DNA of 64,000 nt from Octopus vulgaris (lineage: Eukaryota). The translations under genes were made by a program, and so were the position numbers. Below are positions 1 through 12,993 of this stretch, piece after piece; the first letter of the stretch is position 1, and each line of letters starts with the position of its first letter. The stretch is from NCBI GenBank assembly GCA_951406725.2, contig OX597822.1, forward strand, positions 64,852,001 to 64,916,000, given 5' to 3'. A model generated the notes under the pieces. The model ran no database searches and had not been told where the DNA came from. It saw nothing but the letters and a program-made list of their open reading frames with translations.

Positions 1-128
1 TTGCACCGAGTCAATCTTTGTGTAGTGGCGCTGGATTGCTGCCTGTTCCGTCTCCAATTTGACACTCTGCGGTGACCACACTTAAGCTTGTAAATGAAAA
101 TAGAAAAGGTAAAAACAAAATAAACACC

Positions 129-419
129 GGATCTTTTCCCTTTGAACGGCAGATTGAGAAATTGATTTTTTTTAACTAAACACTTTCAAACTTCGGACAC
201 TGGTAGAATGTGTCATATAAAACATCTTTTACTCTTAGTGTTGTTGAGAAAAATTTATATGTTCTAAGTTTTTTCGTGTTAAAATTGTCGTATTTCTGTA
301 ATTTCAACCAATCAACGACGTGTATTCAGCTGAATAAAGTTCTACCAGTGTTCGAAGTTTGAAAATGTTTAGTTATATTTAATTAATTTCTCGATCTGCC
401 GTTCAAAGGGTAAAGATCC
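129..419. mobile_element. MITE with ~26-bp TIRs and 8-bp TSD (Merlin-like)
   Basis: GGATCTTTTCCCTTTGAACGGCAGAT ... ATCTGCCGTTCAAAGGGTAAAGATCC, flanked by TAAACACC at 121-128 and 420-427. 5'-GG TIRs with an 8-bp TSD fit Merlin. Confidence 0.75.
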
Positions 420-1682
420 TAAACACCATTATGTCACTACTTTTTAATTTTACGTGTAAATTAATTACAATCTTATCCTAGTTAAGTTTTCACTGAATGG
501 GTCTCATTCAGTATCTGTCCTTTGCAGTCCATTCAGAAAGCACAGTATGAAATACTATGGATGAAAATCGCACTCGATACCTAATGATAGCAAAGCGATC
601 GTCATAACCACATATGTGATATATATACATTCAAACGTAATTTTGCTTTTGTACATAGATATTTAAATACATTCACAGATACATGCACAAACCTAAACAT
701 ACATACTAAAAGACCAGCTGATACATACTTTACAAATACAACTCGGTAGCGGAACAGAAAAACTATGAAAAACTTCTTTGAAGTTTAACATGTATGTTAA
801 AACTAGTGATTTTGTCGTCCAAATTCCAGCGATGGATCTGTGTTTTTTTGTGAGAGTGCGGCTCTTTCTTTAGAAGAATTCAAGTAATTGAAAACCTAAA
901 GAAATACAGCCGTCCATCCATACATACATAGAAGCACTCTCACACACATAATCAGAAACTATCATAGAACCGACAGAATTTAGTCACGTTTTATCATTGC
1001 ACAAGACATCTCTCTACTTTCTTCATAGAGGAATAAATCTCTTAAAGTTCTTCGCATTTCCACCCTTCCAAGGAAAGATATAGCTGATTCTGACCGTTTA
1101 CTGTGTCATTCTGTGATTCCTTGTAAAGATTTCTCGACACACCTTCCTCCAAATTCGCTGTATTATCGCCAAATGTCTCAAAATGTCTGACATTATATAT
1201 TTTTTCCCTTTTATCGTTAGCAGCCGACATTCTCTTGATATGTTATTTTTTTCGTTCTTCTTTATCCACTGTTGCTCTCTTCCTCCTCACATTTTATCCC
1301 TCCTCGTCTCCCCTTTTCTTTTTAGTTTTTTCCCCTTTAAATGTTTCCCTGCGTGTCTTTTTTATTCTTAGTTTTTTTTATTTCTTTACCTGTGTATCAC
1401 TCTCCACTCTGTCTCTGGTAACTTATCACTCTTACTCTTTCTCTTCACCGCTTACTTTTTGTCTCTCTCTCTCTCTCTATCTTTCTCTGTCACTTATTCG
1501 AAATCTCATTCACCTTATATATCTCACCTATCTATTGTCACTCGTTTATCCCCTTCACTTCTATCTACCATTCACACTATAGTCTTACCCATTTATTAAA
1601 TTTATTAACGTTCTTCCTCTTTTCTAAACCTATCACTATCTCCCTGTCTCTGCTTGTGTCTGTCTGTCTGTACCACTCTTTC

Positions 1683-1722
<40 letters not shown>

Positions 1723-1881
1723 TCATTCTTTCTTTCTTTCTCTTTTTCCATTTTTCCTCTCTCTCTCTCCCTCTCTCTCAATCTCTTACACACTATCCTC
1801 CATTGCCTTTTTACTTTGGCTTCGAAAATATCTATAACTACAACCACTACTCTTCCTCCTCTCCTTGACTGTCTCTCTCTC

Positions 1882-2007
<126 letters not shown>

Positions 2008-2491
2008 AAATTTATGTTCCCTATCGTTATGTGTTTCTGCTCCGATATACGTATAAGTAACAACACTACTGATTGCATGTGGCGGCAGCCAAGAACCGAT
2101 GGCAATGCTATATCAAGTGGTAACGGAAAGTAACGATCAATGACGGCCATAGACGAACTAGTAATGACTGTTAACGCGATATCTGGCAAGCAATGTAGGG
2201 TGAGGGTGAATGACAGCGGATGATGACAGCGACTGTTGATGAACGGTGAGCGGCTGTAGAGAGGCATGGATAAGGATGACAGGAGACTGATTGTGGTGCC
2301 GGCGAGGTGACGGAAAAGAGGAGAAATTGTAAGTGAAGCAAGTCGTAAATACAATCCCCATTAGTACAAGCATGCAACAAATACACATGCTCAAACAAAT
2401 ACGCACAGACGCAAACACTCCCGCACAGATACCAGCGCTAACATTCTCTCATAAATGTAGTGATTTTATGTTTACGATTATTTTGTGTATA

Positions 2492-3472
2492 CAGTAGAAC
2501 CTCGCAGTACGAATGCTCCATTGTACGAGTAGTTTGCTGTACGAGCCGAGACTCGTGCGAATTTTTGTCTTGAAGAGCGGAAATCCACAGTACCAGTGCA
2601 CAAATCGTCCCATCTTTAAGGTAATTCAGGAGTGGCTATAGGCGCAGGAGTGGTTGTGTGGTAAGTAGCTGGCGGGTTCAGTCCCACTGTGTGACACTTT
2701 GGGCAAGTGTCTTCTACTATTATAGCCTCGGGCCGACCAAAGCCTTGTGAGTGGATTTGGTAGACGAAAACTGAAAGAAGCCCGTCGTATATATATGTCC
2801 AATTTTAAACCCTGCACGACTTCTATACACACTGTCTTTCCTACCCGCCATTGTTTCTTCACCAAACTTTTTGGCGCCCTCCGATTCTTCCCCTCTCTTC
2901 CTCCCATCCTCCTCCCCTCTTCCTCCCATCCTCCTTAATCCCTTCTTTCTCCTTTTCTCTTGGTCACTGATTCTGTCCCCTGCCTTCCACCCTCTTTGAT
3001 TCCCTCTCTCTCTGTCTCTCTTTCTCTCTCTCTCCTGCAACCTGCTGCTTCTTAAACCATTCTGTTGGCCATCGTATCTCGACCAACATGTGTCCCCGCT
3101 ACCGAAACGGTAATTATTTCTACGCCAGCTATGTTGTTGTTGTTTTTGTCTCATTTGGTCTAAAGTCGTATGACAACCACCGTTATATATATTTTGTTTA
3201 TTCATTACTGTTTTCAATTTCGTTTTCGTCTCTTGTATTTACATCCGTCTTGTGCGTTCACATTCCTGTCTTCTACCAAGAAATCTAATGCTTACAGCTT
3301 AGTTTTTTTTCTTGGGGCTGGCCGAGTTGGAGCAAATATCAGAATTGAACAGCCGAAATTTGCTATGATGATTCGGTGTCTGACTGAAGATTGAAGGCTT
3401 CGAATGATTTGTCTGTGTTCCGTGTTCGTCCCTTCCTGTATTTCACGTTCATTATATATAAAAACATTCATT

Positions 3473-3551
<79 letters not shown>

Positions 3552-4055
3552 GAATATATGAATATATATATGTGTGTGTGTGTGTGTATGTATGTGTGTA
3601 TATATGTTTGCATCTCTGTGTTTGTCCTCCCAACATCGCTTGACAACCGATGCTGGTGTGTATACGTCCCCGTATCTTAGCGGTTCGACAAAAAAAAACC
3701 GATAGAATAAATACTAGGCTTACAAGGAATAAGTCCTGGGGCCGATTGCTCGACTAGAGGTGGTGCTCCAGCATGGCCGCAGTCAAATGACTAAACAAGT
3801 AAAAAAGGAAAGAGTAAAAGAGTAAAACCAGTTTACATATTCCTTTTGTATCCTCTCTTTTACACTTTTCATTTCACTTGTAACTACATCTGTTCTGTTT
3901 GAAACCCCATAAAGAATTATTTTCGAGCGGTTTTGGGGCGCTGGAACGGATTAATTATATTTTAGTTATGAGGAAAAATTGATTTGTAAAACGATTACAT
4001 CGCAATACGAGCTCGGTCATGGAACGAATTAAATTCGTACTGCGAGGTATCACTG
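2492..4055. mobile_element. pogo/Tigger-like non-autonomous DNA transposon with nested insertions
   Basis: TA-CAGTAGAACCTCGCAGTACGAAT (2492-2514) and ATTCGTACTGCGAGGTATCACTG-TA (4033-4055) are 23-bp TIRs with TA TSD. Confidence 0.8.
2627..3826 (+). mobile_element. SINE family B (tRNA-derived, internal microsatellite), interrupted by a ~0.68-kb insert
   Basis: Head CAGGAGTGG..TGTGTGGTAAG..GGGTTCAGTCCC at 2627-2790. 3' half at 3615-3826 ends in AAAGAGTAAAAGAGT. Matches the other family-B copies. Confidence 0.85.
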
Positions 4056-4444
4056 TATTTGAAATGGTTGTAAGGGAATAAATGGTGACAACTTTCTCAT
4101 GGATAGCATAGGAGGAAGAACAATTCCAAAGAGACATTTTTGAGGTGAACCTATTGGTATTATTCAATGTCATATGAATCCTGATCGAACAGATCTATAA
4201 TCAAAGGCAGTCCTTTTGGGACCGTTCATTTTCTTAATTGCAGGGAAACCAGGCACATATTTTATCCATCATGATGTTCCTAAGTCACCACAATTTGATT
4301 TGAGGAAACTTGGTTGCTGCTTTTAAGAACTGATCACATAGAGGCTCCCTCACTGGCTCCTTTGAAAAAGTAGTGTTAGGAACATAGGCTGGAGTGGGTT
4401 TTCCTCACTCAGTGACTTGGACTTAATACTTGAAATAAATATGT

Positions 4445-4719
4445 TTGTTCCTTCTTGAGCTTGTTTCCCGGTTTCCTGTGCGTATAGGTTTCCCACCTGG
4501 ACGGGACGCCGGTCCGTCGCAGGTAAGCTGCAAGATGCAGGAGAAAAGAGTGAGAGAAAGCTGTGGCGAAAGAGTTTGCAGAAGTTCGCCATTACCTTCT
4601 GCCGGACCCGTGTGGAGCTTATGTGTTTCGCTCGTAAATACACACATCGCCCGAGATTCAAACCCGCGATCCCTCGACCGCGAGTCCGCTGCTCTAACCA
4701 CTAGGCCATGTGCCTCCAC
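4445..4719 (-). mobile_element. SINE family C (tRNA-Arg-like head)
   Basis: Minus strand GTGGAGGCACATGGCCTAGTGGTTAGAGCAGCGGACTCGCG..GGGTTTGAATC with A and B boxes. Confidence 0.8.
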
Positions 4720-5573
4720 TGAAATAAATTTAGGTCATCTAAAGTCTTCAATGTTTAGTGTAGCGATGTTAAGCTGGAGACTGAATACCCATACCACCCA
4801 GAAATGGTTTCTCGAGAGCTGGTGATGCGTTTTACAGCAGGAACGAATCGTGGTGTATGTTCGCTTACAGGATTAAAACTGTTTCTTTTGCTCGTTGTGT
4901 CAGCGATTTTCAGTTCGTGTAACGCAGTGAAGGAATGAGGTTGTGTCTCAGAAGTTAGAATGATTTGTTCTTGAGAAGAGAATGAAGGAATATCATAAAA
5001 AAGAAATAAAAAGTGAGGTAGACTAGAGAGACGTAATTATATATGTTGTCTAGTTAGTGTTTTACTACTCCGAGTTTCGCCTTTGGGTCACAAAGTCTTC
5101 AAGCAAGATACGAGTGTGCAACGTCTTAACTCACGTATACCATATAAGATGTTCCACATAAGTCATAACTTACCTAAAGACCCTGTGAGCCGCGGACAAA
5201 ACTCAAATTAGTAAGAAACTCACGTGAGACCAAAATAGAATATATTATTAACCCCTGCTATGGTATTGAGTACTTTTTTTTACAGTTAATATTAAACGGA
5301 TATCTTTTATCTTTCATCTTTTACCTGTTTCAGTCACCGCCCTGAAGAACTTTTTGTTGAATGAAATAACCCCAGTAATTACTTTTTAAAATAACCCCCA
5401 GTAATTACTTTTTAAAATTTAGTACTTATTTTAGCGGTCTCTTTCGCCAAACCAATTAGTTACACACACACACTCAGACACGCACAAATACATACATACA
5501 TATATATATATACATACGTATACGTATATGTATATATATATTTATTATGTGTATATGTTTATTTATCTATTTA

Positions 5574-5813
5574 TGCGCCCTTTTCAAGCCTAGCCAGGCT
5601 CATGGGCCCGGTTTCCCGGTTTCTATTGCGTATGTGTTCCTCAAGAAACAGGAAGAAAGAGTGTGAAAAAGTTGGGGCGAAAGAGTACAACAGCCTCGTG
5701 GGCTTTAGGGGTTTTCGCTCAATAAACACACGCAACGCCCGGTCTGGGAATCGAAACCGCGATCCTCCGGCCGTGAGTCCGCTGCCCTAACCACTGGGCC
5801 ATTGCGCCTCCAC
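5574..5813 (-). mobile_element. SINE family C
   Basis: Same head as 14546 and 60895; tail AGCCTAGCCAGGCTCATGG shared with 20326. Confidence 0.8.
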
Positions 5814-5832
5814 GTATATGTTTATACTTACG

Positions 5833-5927
<95 letters not shown>

Positions 5928-6392
5928 CGTTCGTGTCACTTTAGCTATCTCTGTTGACCTTTCTATTTGTCTGGCTCTTTGTCTGACAGTCTGTGTGCGT
6001 ATCGTCTGCCATTTCGATATTTCGATTGTTAATATGTGTCTTTCAGCTTGTTTCTGTGTCAACCTGTCAGTTATTCAGAATACCCATGTGTCCCTCTTCT
6101 ATAATGAACAATCAGTCTCTCTCTCTCTCTCTCTCTTTATTATTTTTTCTCTTGTCATTTACATCATTGTTACTGAAACTTATTTCCCTCGCGACTACAT
6201 TTTCCAGACGAATTTTCTCGCAATTCTCTTATAATACTAAACTATTATAAAATTCAAAAGGTAGAAATGAACAACGAGTATTTATAACCTGTGTGTTATG
6301 CATTAAACAAAAATACTTATAACAACCAAAAGCTAAGAAAATCTAAATCTAAAAATATTACTAAATAACAAAAATTTATTATACGAATATCA

Positions 6393-7721
6393 TTAGTTGG
6401 ATGGGTGTGCTTGTTTCAGATCAAAACATTAAAATGTGGCTTGATATTTGTCTGAGATTCTTAAGGGAATTTTTACGTTCTTAATAGTTAAGCGCCATTT
6501 TGTCTTTATTGTCGTTAAACTGAAAATGGAGATTCTCATAAATATGTAGATGAAAATGTTGGAAGAACTGCCATTGTTAATTCAGATAGTAATGGAAGTC
6601 TTGATTCCACATTCAACCAAAACAATGCTTGTTCTGTTACCACTATGAGTACCTCCTGGATCCAATATAGAATACAATTGTCGATGTGTAGCGGAAAATA
6701 TTTGCGGAACTATTAATGCATAAGTACAAAGTGCTCGATTTCGTTCTGCTTAAATGAATTTAGAGTCAAATTATTTTCAAAGACAGTATTATCAATGCAT
6801 AAACCATTTTAAATTATTTATTTTCTATTGTTTGTTTCTGTAAGTTTATTTTGTTTATGAACACTTCTATTTTACTTTTCAAAGTAAAAATGCTTGTTTT
6901 CTCCCTTTGTAGGGACATATAAAGGCCATTAATCTTCTCAAATATTTATGACTAACAGCATAATTTGCAAACCTAATGCACATTATGAAAAGGTTCTACA
7001 AGATTTTTGATAAAACCAACAATACTTCTTTTTTCAAGTTTACTAGACAACAAAGCTTGTCTCATTGACATCCATTACGCTTCTGAATACAGTAAAGGCG
7101 TGATGAAATCAAATCTAATGTTTTGCCTTAAATATGTGAGCAGACGGTTATTAACTGCGTGACTTCTTCTGAAGAGGGTAATTTTAACTGGCGTCTTGAA
7201 ATTATATTAGTCTGGTCCTTTGATGCATGTAGTAGGTGATTAGCTCCCAGATTTAACAATAGCTTGAAACCCTACTTTCTTACCATCATTGAAATCGCAC
7301 CATCAGTACTTAAACACAGATATCACATTAGAGTCCGTCCATTTAAAGGACTTTCTCCTTCGTATGATGCTTTTAATAATTTTCTTGAACCAATGTGTTC
7401 TTTTCTTTTTAATGTTACCTTGGACTTTCAAATATAAAGAAAACATTTTCAAACCAAATAAATAAAGCAAATAGATGAAATAAATTATAAATGGTAAAGA
7501 TTTGTCAGCATAGCAAGCATGTCTAAAAAGTGAAGAATTAAAAAAAAATTAGCGAGTTTCATGCATTAATTCACAAACTATTTGGTGCCAACTAAACAGA
7601 CAGGACGGCGCTCTCCGTACCTAAGAGCAATAGTTAGTCGATATTGACATAAAAATGTCTTGTTACACTTCCTGAGTTTTGCTGTTTTAGAGGATTGCTC
7701 ATCTTCTATAGTTTCATTCAT
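6393..7721 (-). pseudogene. Degenerate, internally deleted hAT (Charlie/Buster/SPIN-like) transposase
   Basis: Manual minus-strand translation gives BED-finger-like GERRPVCLV..MKLAN..RHACYADK, then LSTDGAISMM, LLYSEA*WMS, dimerisation motif FWLNVESRLPLLSELTMAVLPTFSSTYL*ESPFS and terminal QAHPSN*. Many stops and frameshifts. Confidence 0.8.
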
Positions 7722-8374
7722 TTTTCGATACGCGTCATTGCATTCAGGAAGTGTTATCGCCGCAGTGATTCCTTTCAGGTTCTTTGATAGATCTAGCTAT
7801 GTATCTATAAGGCGGTAATATTTTCAGCAAAAAAATGTCCCTTACCCCACAAAAGAACCCCGAAACTATTACTTTGAAAATAACTGTAAAATTCAACTTA
7901 AAACAATAATTTAGTGATATTAGTAACGACGAATTTATATTTATAGGGATTTAGATTTTAAAATAACCTGAAAGTTAAAATTCTTAAAATTTTGTTGGTT
8001 TTAAAATATTTATTGAATTAAATATATGTCATTTAAAATTCTTCATGAAAATAGAAAATGATGTTATTGCATCGCGTCACTATTTTCTGATCACACAAGT
8101 AAATTACAAACATTTTATAATTAAATTATTTCAGCAAGTACTGAGGTAAATTAACAAACACACTTCACTGTCTATAAAGAACATATTTCGAGATGGAAAA
8201 TTCAAAATCATATTCGAAAAACGATTCTATTCCCTTACATTATTTGTACGACACAGGATGCCAAAAGTCACGACGTCCAGTATAAATATCCTTGAAATAA
8301 TTATAGTATCAAAAGTTCATCATACTAAACTTATAAAAACGAAAATTGGTTGATTACAAAATATATAAATAAGG

Positions 8375-8600
8375 GGTCTTTACCTTTTGACCTACAGATT
8401 TAAAAAATAATTTTTTGTAACTAAACACTTTCAAACTTCGGACGCTGGTAGAATGTGTCATATAAAACATCTTTTACTCTTAGCATTTTTGAGAAAAAAC
8501 TTATTTACGAAGTTATTTCACGTTAAAGTTGTCATACTTCGGTAATTTCAACCAATCAATGACGTGTATTCAGCTGAATAAAATTACTGCTGTTGCTTGT
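8375..8600 (+). mobile_element. Partial second copy of the 129-419 MITE
   Basis: Shares AACTAAACACTTTCAAACTTCGGAC..GGTAGAATGTGTCATATAAAACATC..GTGTATTCAGCTGAATAAA. Right TIR absent. Confidence 0.8.
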
Positions 8601-10299
8601 CAACAAGAAGTTGGCTTTCACTGCTGTCTTCTTTCTCTTTTACACTCTCAATAACGCTTTCTAGTGCTTTCAATCTCTCTTCCTCTCTCTCATTCTCTCT
8701 CTCTCTCTCTCCCTCTCTCTCTCTTGGATATTAATTTTAGTTTTTATACCAAAGTAATTACCCCCAATTCTATATCGTTTCTTTTTCTCTCCCTCTCTCT
8801 TTCTCTTTCTCTTCCATCTCTCTTTCTCTTCCCTATCCCTTTTTCTCTCTCCTCTCCCTATCTCTTTCTCACTCTTTTCTCCTCTATCTATCTATCCCCT
8901 CTCTCTTTCTCTTCCTCCTCTCTCTCTGTCTCTTCCTCTTACTCCTACTCAATCCTTTCTTCATATACTTATCCCATTTCGCAACCACTTTCACTTTACC
9001 CATTTCTCTAATCGTTATCACATTTATCATTCATTTTTATCTCTCTCCCTCCCTCCCTCCATTCCTCCCTCCCGCTCACTCTTTTTCCTTCTCTCTCTAT
9101 TTTGCATCATTCTTAGTCTTTCACTTTCCTCTATTAACCTGCGGTCACAGTTCTCTTACTCTCTCTTTCTCTTTCGCTCCCCTTCTTCTCTTTGACACGC
9201 CCCGCTTTTTGTTACTTTTCCTCTTCTTTTCTCTTATACGCCCACACGATCTCATTACTTCTGTTATTGTTCAGATTATCTCTTTACACACTACGTCTAT
9301 CACTACCTCACCCTCTCTCTCTCTATCATTACTCTTTCTCTGCCTCTCCGTCCCCTCCGCTTATACTCTGTTCATTATTTCACTTTTGGTCATTTGCTTC
9401 AACCAAATTTGCTTTCTCTATACTAAAAGCCTAACTCAAGATCATGACTGCTTGTTGTTACCATAGAGACATCAACTGGCAGCAATAGCAACAACAACAA
9501 CAACAACAACAACATCCAAAACAGAAAGACATTAATAGCAACTGAAAGACGTTAACAACAAACAACAAGATTTTGACAATATTATTATCATTATATTAAG
9601 AAATACATAACCAAAAACATTACAAACACGTTGACATCAACAATTGCGGCAAGATTTTCACAAAAAACAGCAGTAACAACAAAATAATAAAAAAACAAAA
9701 TCAGTAATAACAACACTGTCAACGAAAATGAAAACAACGACAACAATATGGAGTAGACCTCCATTATAAGCATGTATTCTATGATAACTAATGACAAAAA
9801 CCATCGACGCAAAAACATGAAAGCTAACAGGAAAATAGAAGACGAAATGTCATTCTTATAAATCAAATTATGTTTGATGTCACCTTTCGACAGAGTCAAA
9901 TGGAATTAGCGCCGCTATCACCGCTAACTAACAATAATCATCCTGATAAAGCAACTCTGTAACTCTGGTTCAATTCACGCTCGAGTAGTTTCCATTTTTT
10001 TTTTATTTTGTTTTGGATTCGACATGATGTCTATTTAGCAGAGTTAGATAGATTGGCTGTATTTGGCATATGCTTTCAATATTCTGAGTTCAAATCACGC
10101 CTGGATTTATTTAGCCTTTCGTTCTTTCTATATCCAGAAATAAATAATGTATCCCTAGCAGGAGCGTGGATTGGCAGGAAGTTAGAGAGCCGAAAGACAT
10201 GCTTTGTGATATCAGCTTCGTCTTTGTTGGTTCTGGCTTAAACCTCTGCCTCATGTGAATGTCAGAAAAAAAAAAAAAAGCGAACAAACAGTGATATAT

Positions 10300-10864
10300 G
10301 CGTGGGAAGTCCGTCGGAAAGTTTTCAAGTATTTCGCTTGATCAACCTCAGTAGTAGCACGCTACCTGATAGAAGAGAATTGAAGGGGACATCCAATTCC
10401 TGTGTGCTCAAAGAATAAAAATAACAGCAAACAAAAACTCCCCCCCAAACACCCCAAAATATTTATACCACATCCTACCTATTCGTATTTGGCTATTTAT
10501 TCTTGCACTGAGTCGTATCCTTTGGCTCCTCTTGAATCAATGTTCACTTCCCCCTTCTCTTTGACACGTTTATATCTGGTGAATACAGAGGGTGGGGTAA
10601 CGCATCCCAGCCGAGCTGCAGCAATTTTTGTTTGGTTCCTAAAGCATCAAGTACCGAAAATGAACTTTCTTATCTTCCATTTTAAAGGGTTACAGAATTA
10701 ACACAGGTTATAGGAACATAAACCTTCTTTCACGAAAAGCTAGCTTAAACTGTGCTCTAAATGGAAATGTAGTCAAATCCTATTTTATGGATTCAACCAT
10801 GTTCTAAAATAAGTCTAAAGGTAAGCTACTATAAATCGGAACGAACTTTCCGGACAACCCAATA
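10300..10864 (+). mobile_element. Decayed mariner remnant
   Basis: PHPTYSYLA resembles mariner PHPPYSPDLAP. Terminal CGGAACGAACTTTCCGGACAACCCAATA is mariner TIR-like. Left boundary uncertain. Confidence 0.5.
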
Positions 10865-12796
10865 ATTCACGTTAGCGATTGACCAAATATGATTCAATGA
10901 CCAAACAGGATGTTGATATTTTAATGAATTTAAATTGTTTCGGCTTGAGTAATTAAAGAAAAACATACGGGCTCGACGTAAATGCGTGAATCTTCCATGA
11001 ATAATTCGGTTGAACGTTGTTTGATTTCTTCATATTTTATAAATTATCGGGTCCCACGATGGTGTATTGCTCTCACTTCGAGATATCAGTTCTGCTATGA
11101 CACAGTCATCCTGGATTCCGTCCAGAGAGGGGCCACTCAACTGAGAAGTAGTCGGTCACTACGGACACACTCCTGCCTCTGACAAAAAGGTGTTTAGTTT
11201 TCTCTCTGTATCTTTTCTATCGTTACTATAATGGCATCTGCTCCCCGGAGCTGAAAATGCACTTATCTCTACCACTCTGGCACTGCCGAAACCCCGTCTC
11301 TCCCAATCGCATCCCTATTGTTATGTCAATTCCCGACCCCACGCTAACCATTACGTTTTGCCTTTCCCCACCAGAACATCAACCTCCTGGAATATTCACT
11401 CTACTCGTCTTTTCTCTAGATTTTCACCTGCAACAATTGTCTAAACTCATCATTAACTGAATCAAGTTCATTTCTCTCGGAAGGCTTTGCGAAGATCAAT
11501 GGACACTACTCCTTTCTCCAGAATCAGAAACTAAAAAGAAGTTGATTATTATTAAGAATTCAGAGAAATATCTTGTATCTGAGTTCTTGAAAGTGAAAGA
11601 TGTTTTGTAAGTCTGCGAATCATATCCTACAGGGGGTAACACAAATTGGGTCAAAGTAGAATTCTGAAAAGATTAAGAAATCAACATCTTCCAAGCCTGT
11701 AATTTTCCATATGCAACAAAGTGGTCCTGATGATGCAAAGCGCTAAAGACCTCCTGCAAATTTACTTAAAAATAAATAAATAAATAAATAAAAACATGAG
11801 GAATATTTCCGCTAGAAAGCTTCAAATGTTAAGTACACCCCGATGAAATAATGGACAAAAAGATCAATGAAAATTATTGAATCGCCAAAAGGAGTCGCGA
11901 TTGTAAATGCCTGAGAATCAACGTACTTAGCATGTATATCAAAATCTATGGCTGAAACGGGGTTAATAGATTTATCCGATACAGAAATGTTTAGTAGTCC
12001 CAACTACACTATTGATTTCTTTCCAGATCAATAGCACAATACAGGAAATAGATTAAAACATCGAACCAATTCTTGTGAGATTAGGTCATTTTTTAAAGTA
12101 GGTGTATTAAGAAAAACATGTTATAAAACATGGGATGAATATGGAAGATTTTTGCCTTGAGTCTTATTCGAAAAATCTCATTAATTCCTCATTAATCTCT
12201 TCACTCTAGTTATTGCAGACCTGGGAAAACTTCTCCATTTTGGACGTGACATTCATTGAGAAGAATAGAAAGCACAGCAGTGTAAAAAAACATCCCCAAA
12301 ACTGCGATTAATTTTAGATTTGTCACAATGAAACGTTCATTGGAGGATTCCTCCTTCTAAATACTGTTTCTAAGCAACGGTTTTTTCATAGACTGAGTAG
12401 TTTATGGAATCCATAATTCAGCTGAAATGTTACTAGGTGGTCAATGGTACTTTTTACAGAATAAAGAAAAATAAAAAATAAGATATAAAAAAGCCAAAAC
12501 GCTTATCATCTGCTTATCATCGTTTGCATCTATCGTTTGTGAATGGAAGGAGGAATAGGAGATGATAATTTGAACATATTTCTCATCAATACCCAGAATA
12601 GGTGAGTAATCTGCTGTAATATTATCCAGTAAACTCTCTAACAGAATAATTTCGTTGAGATCATAAACACCTGTACTGAGAAATAATGATATATATATAT
12701 ATGAGAAAGAGAGAGAGAAAGAGAAAGAGAGAAAGAAAGAGGGAGTGCATGCATGTGTATGTGTGTGTGTGTGTGTGTATGTACATGTGATGTATG

Positions 12797-12939
12797 TGTT
12801 AGGATGTCCTAAGATGGGGACAGAGGGAAGGACAATGAAATTGATGAATCACAACGAGGCGTTTTCTCGTTTCCTCACACGAACGCTGCTGTATCGATCC
12901 CTTCCTTGATCATATGTTCAATTGATTGGGAACTATAAC

Positions 12940-12940
<1 letters not shown>
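12797..12940. mobile_element. Possible short solo LTR within a microsatellite
   Basis: Unique 144-bp block bounded by TGTTA...TAACA between (TG)n and (TA)n. No clear TSD. Confidence 0.3.

Positions 12941-12993
<53 letters not shown>

Noticed and set aside
1-110. Possible minus-strand exon after a pyrimidine tract and AG
   Set aside because: Truncated by the window edge, no recognisable peptide and no partner exons.
11721-11752. CTGATGA with GGTC/GACC flanks as a hammerhead
   Set aside because: No GAAA and no credible stem II.
11500-12420. Possible pogo-type transposase remnant
   Set aside because: Only vague similarity (ESPKGVAIVNA*ES); no catalytic motif or TIRs found.
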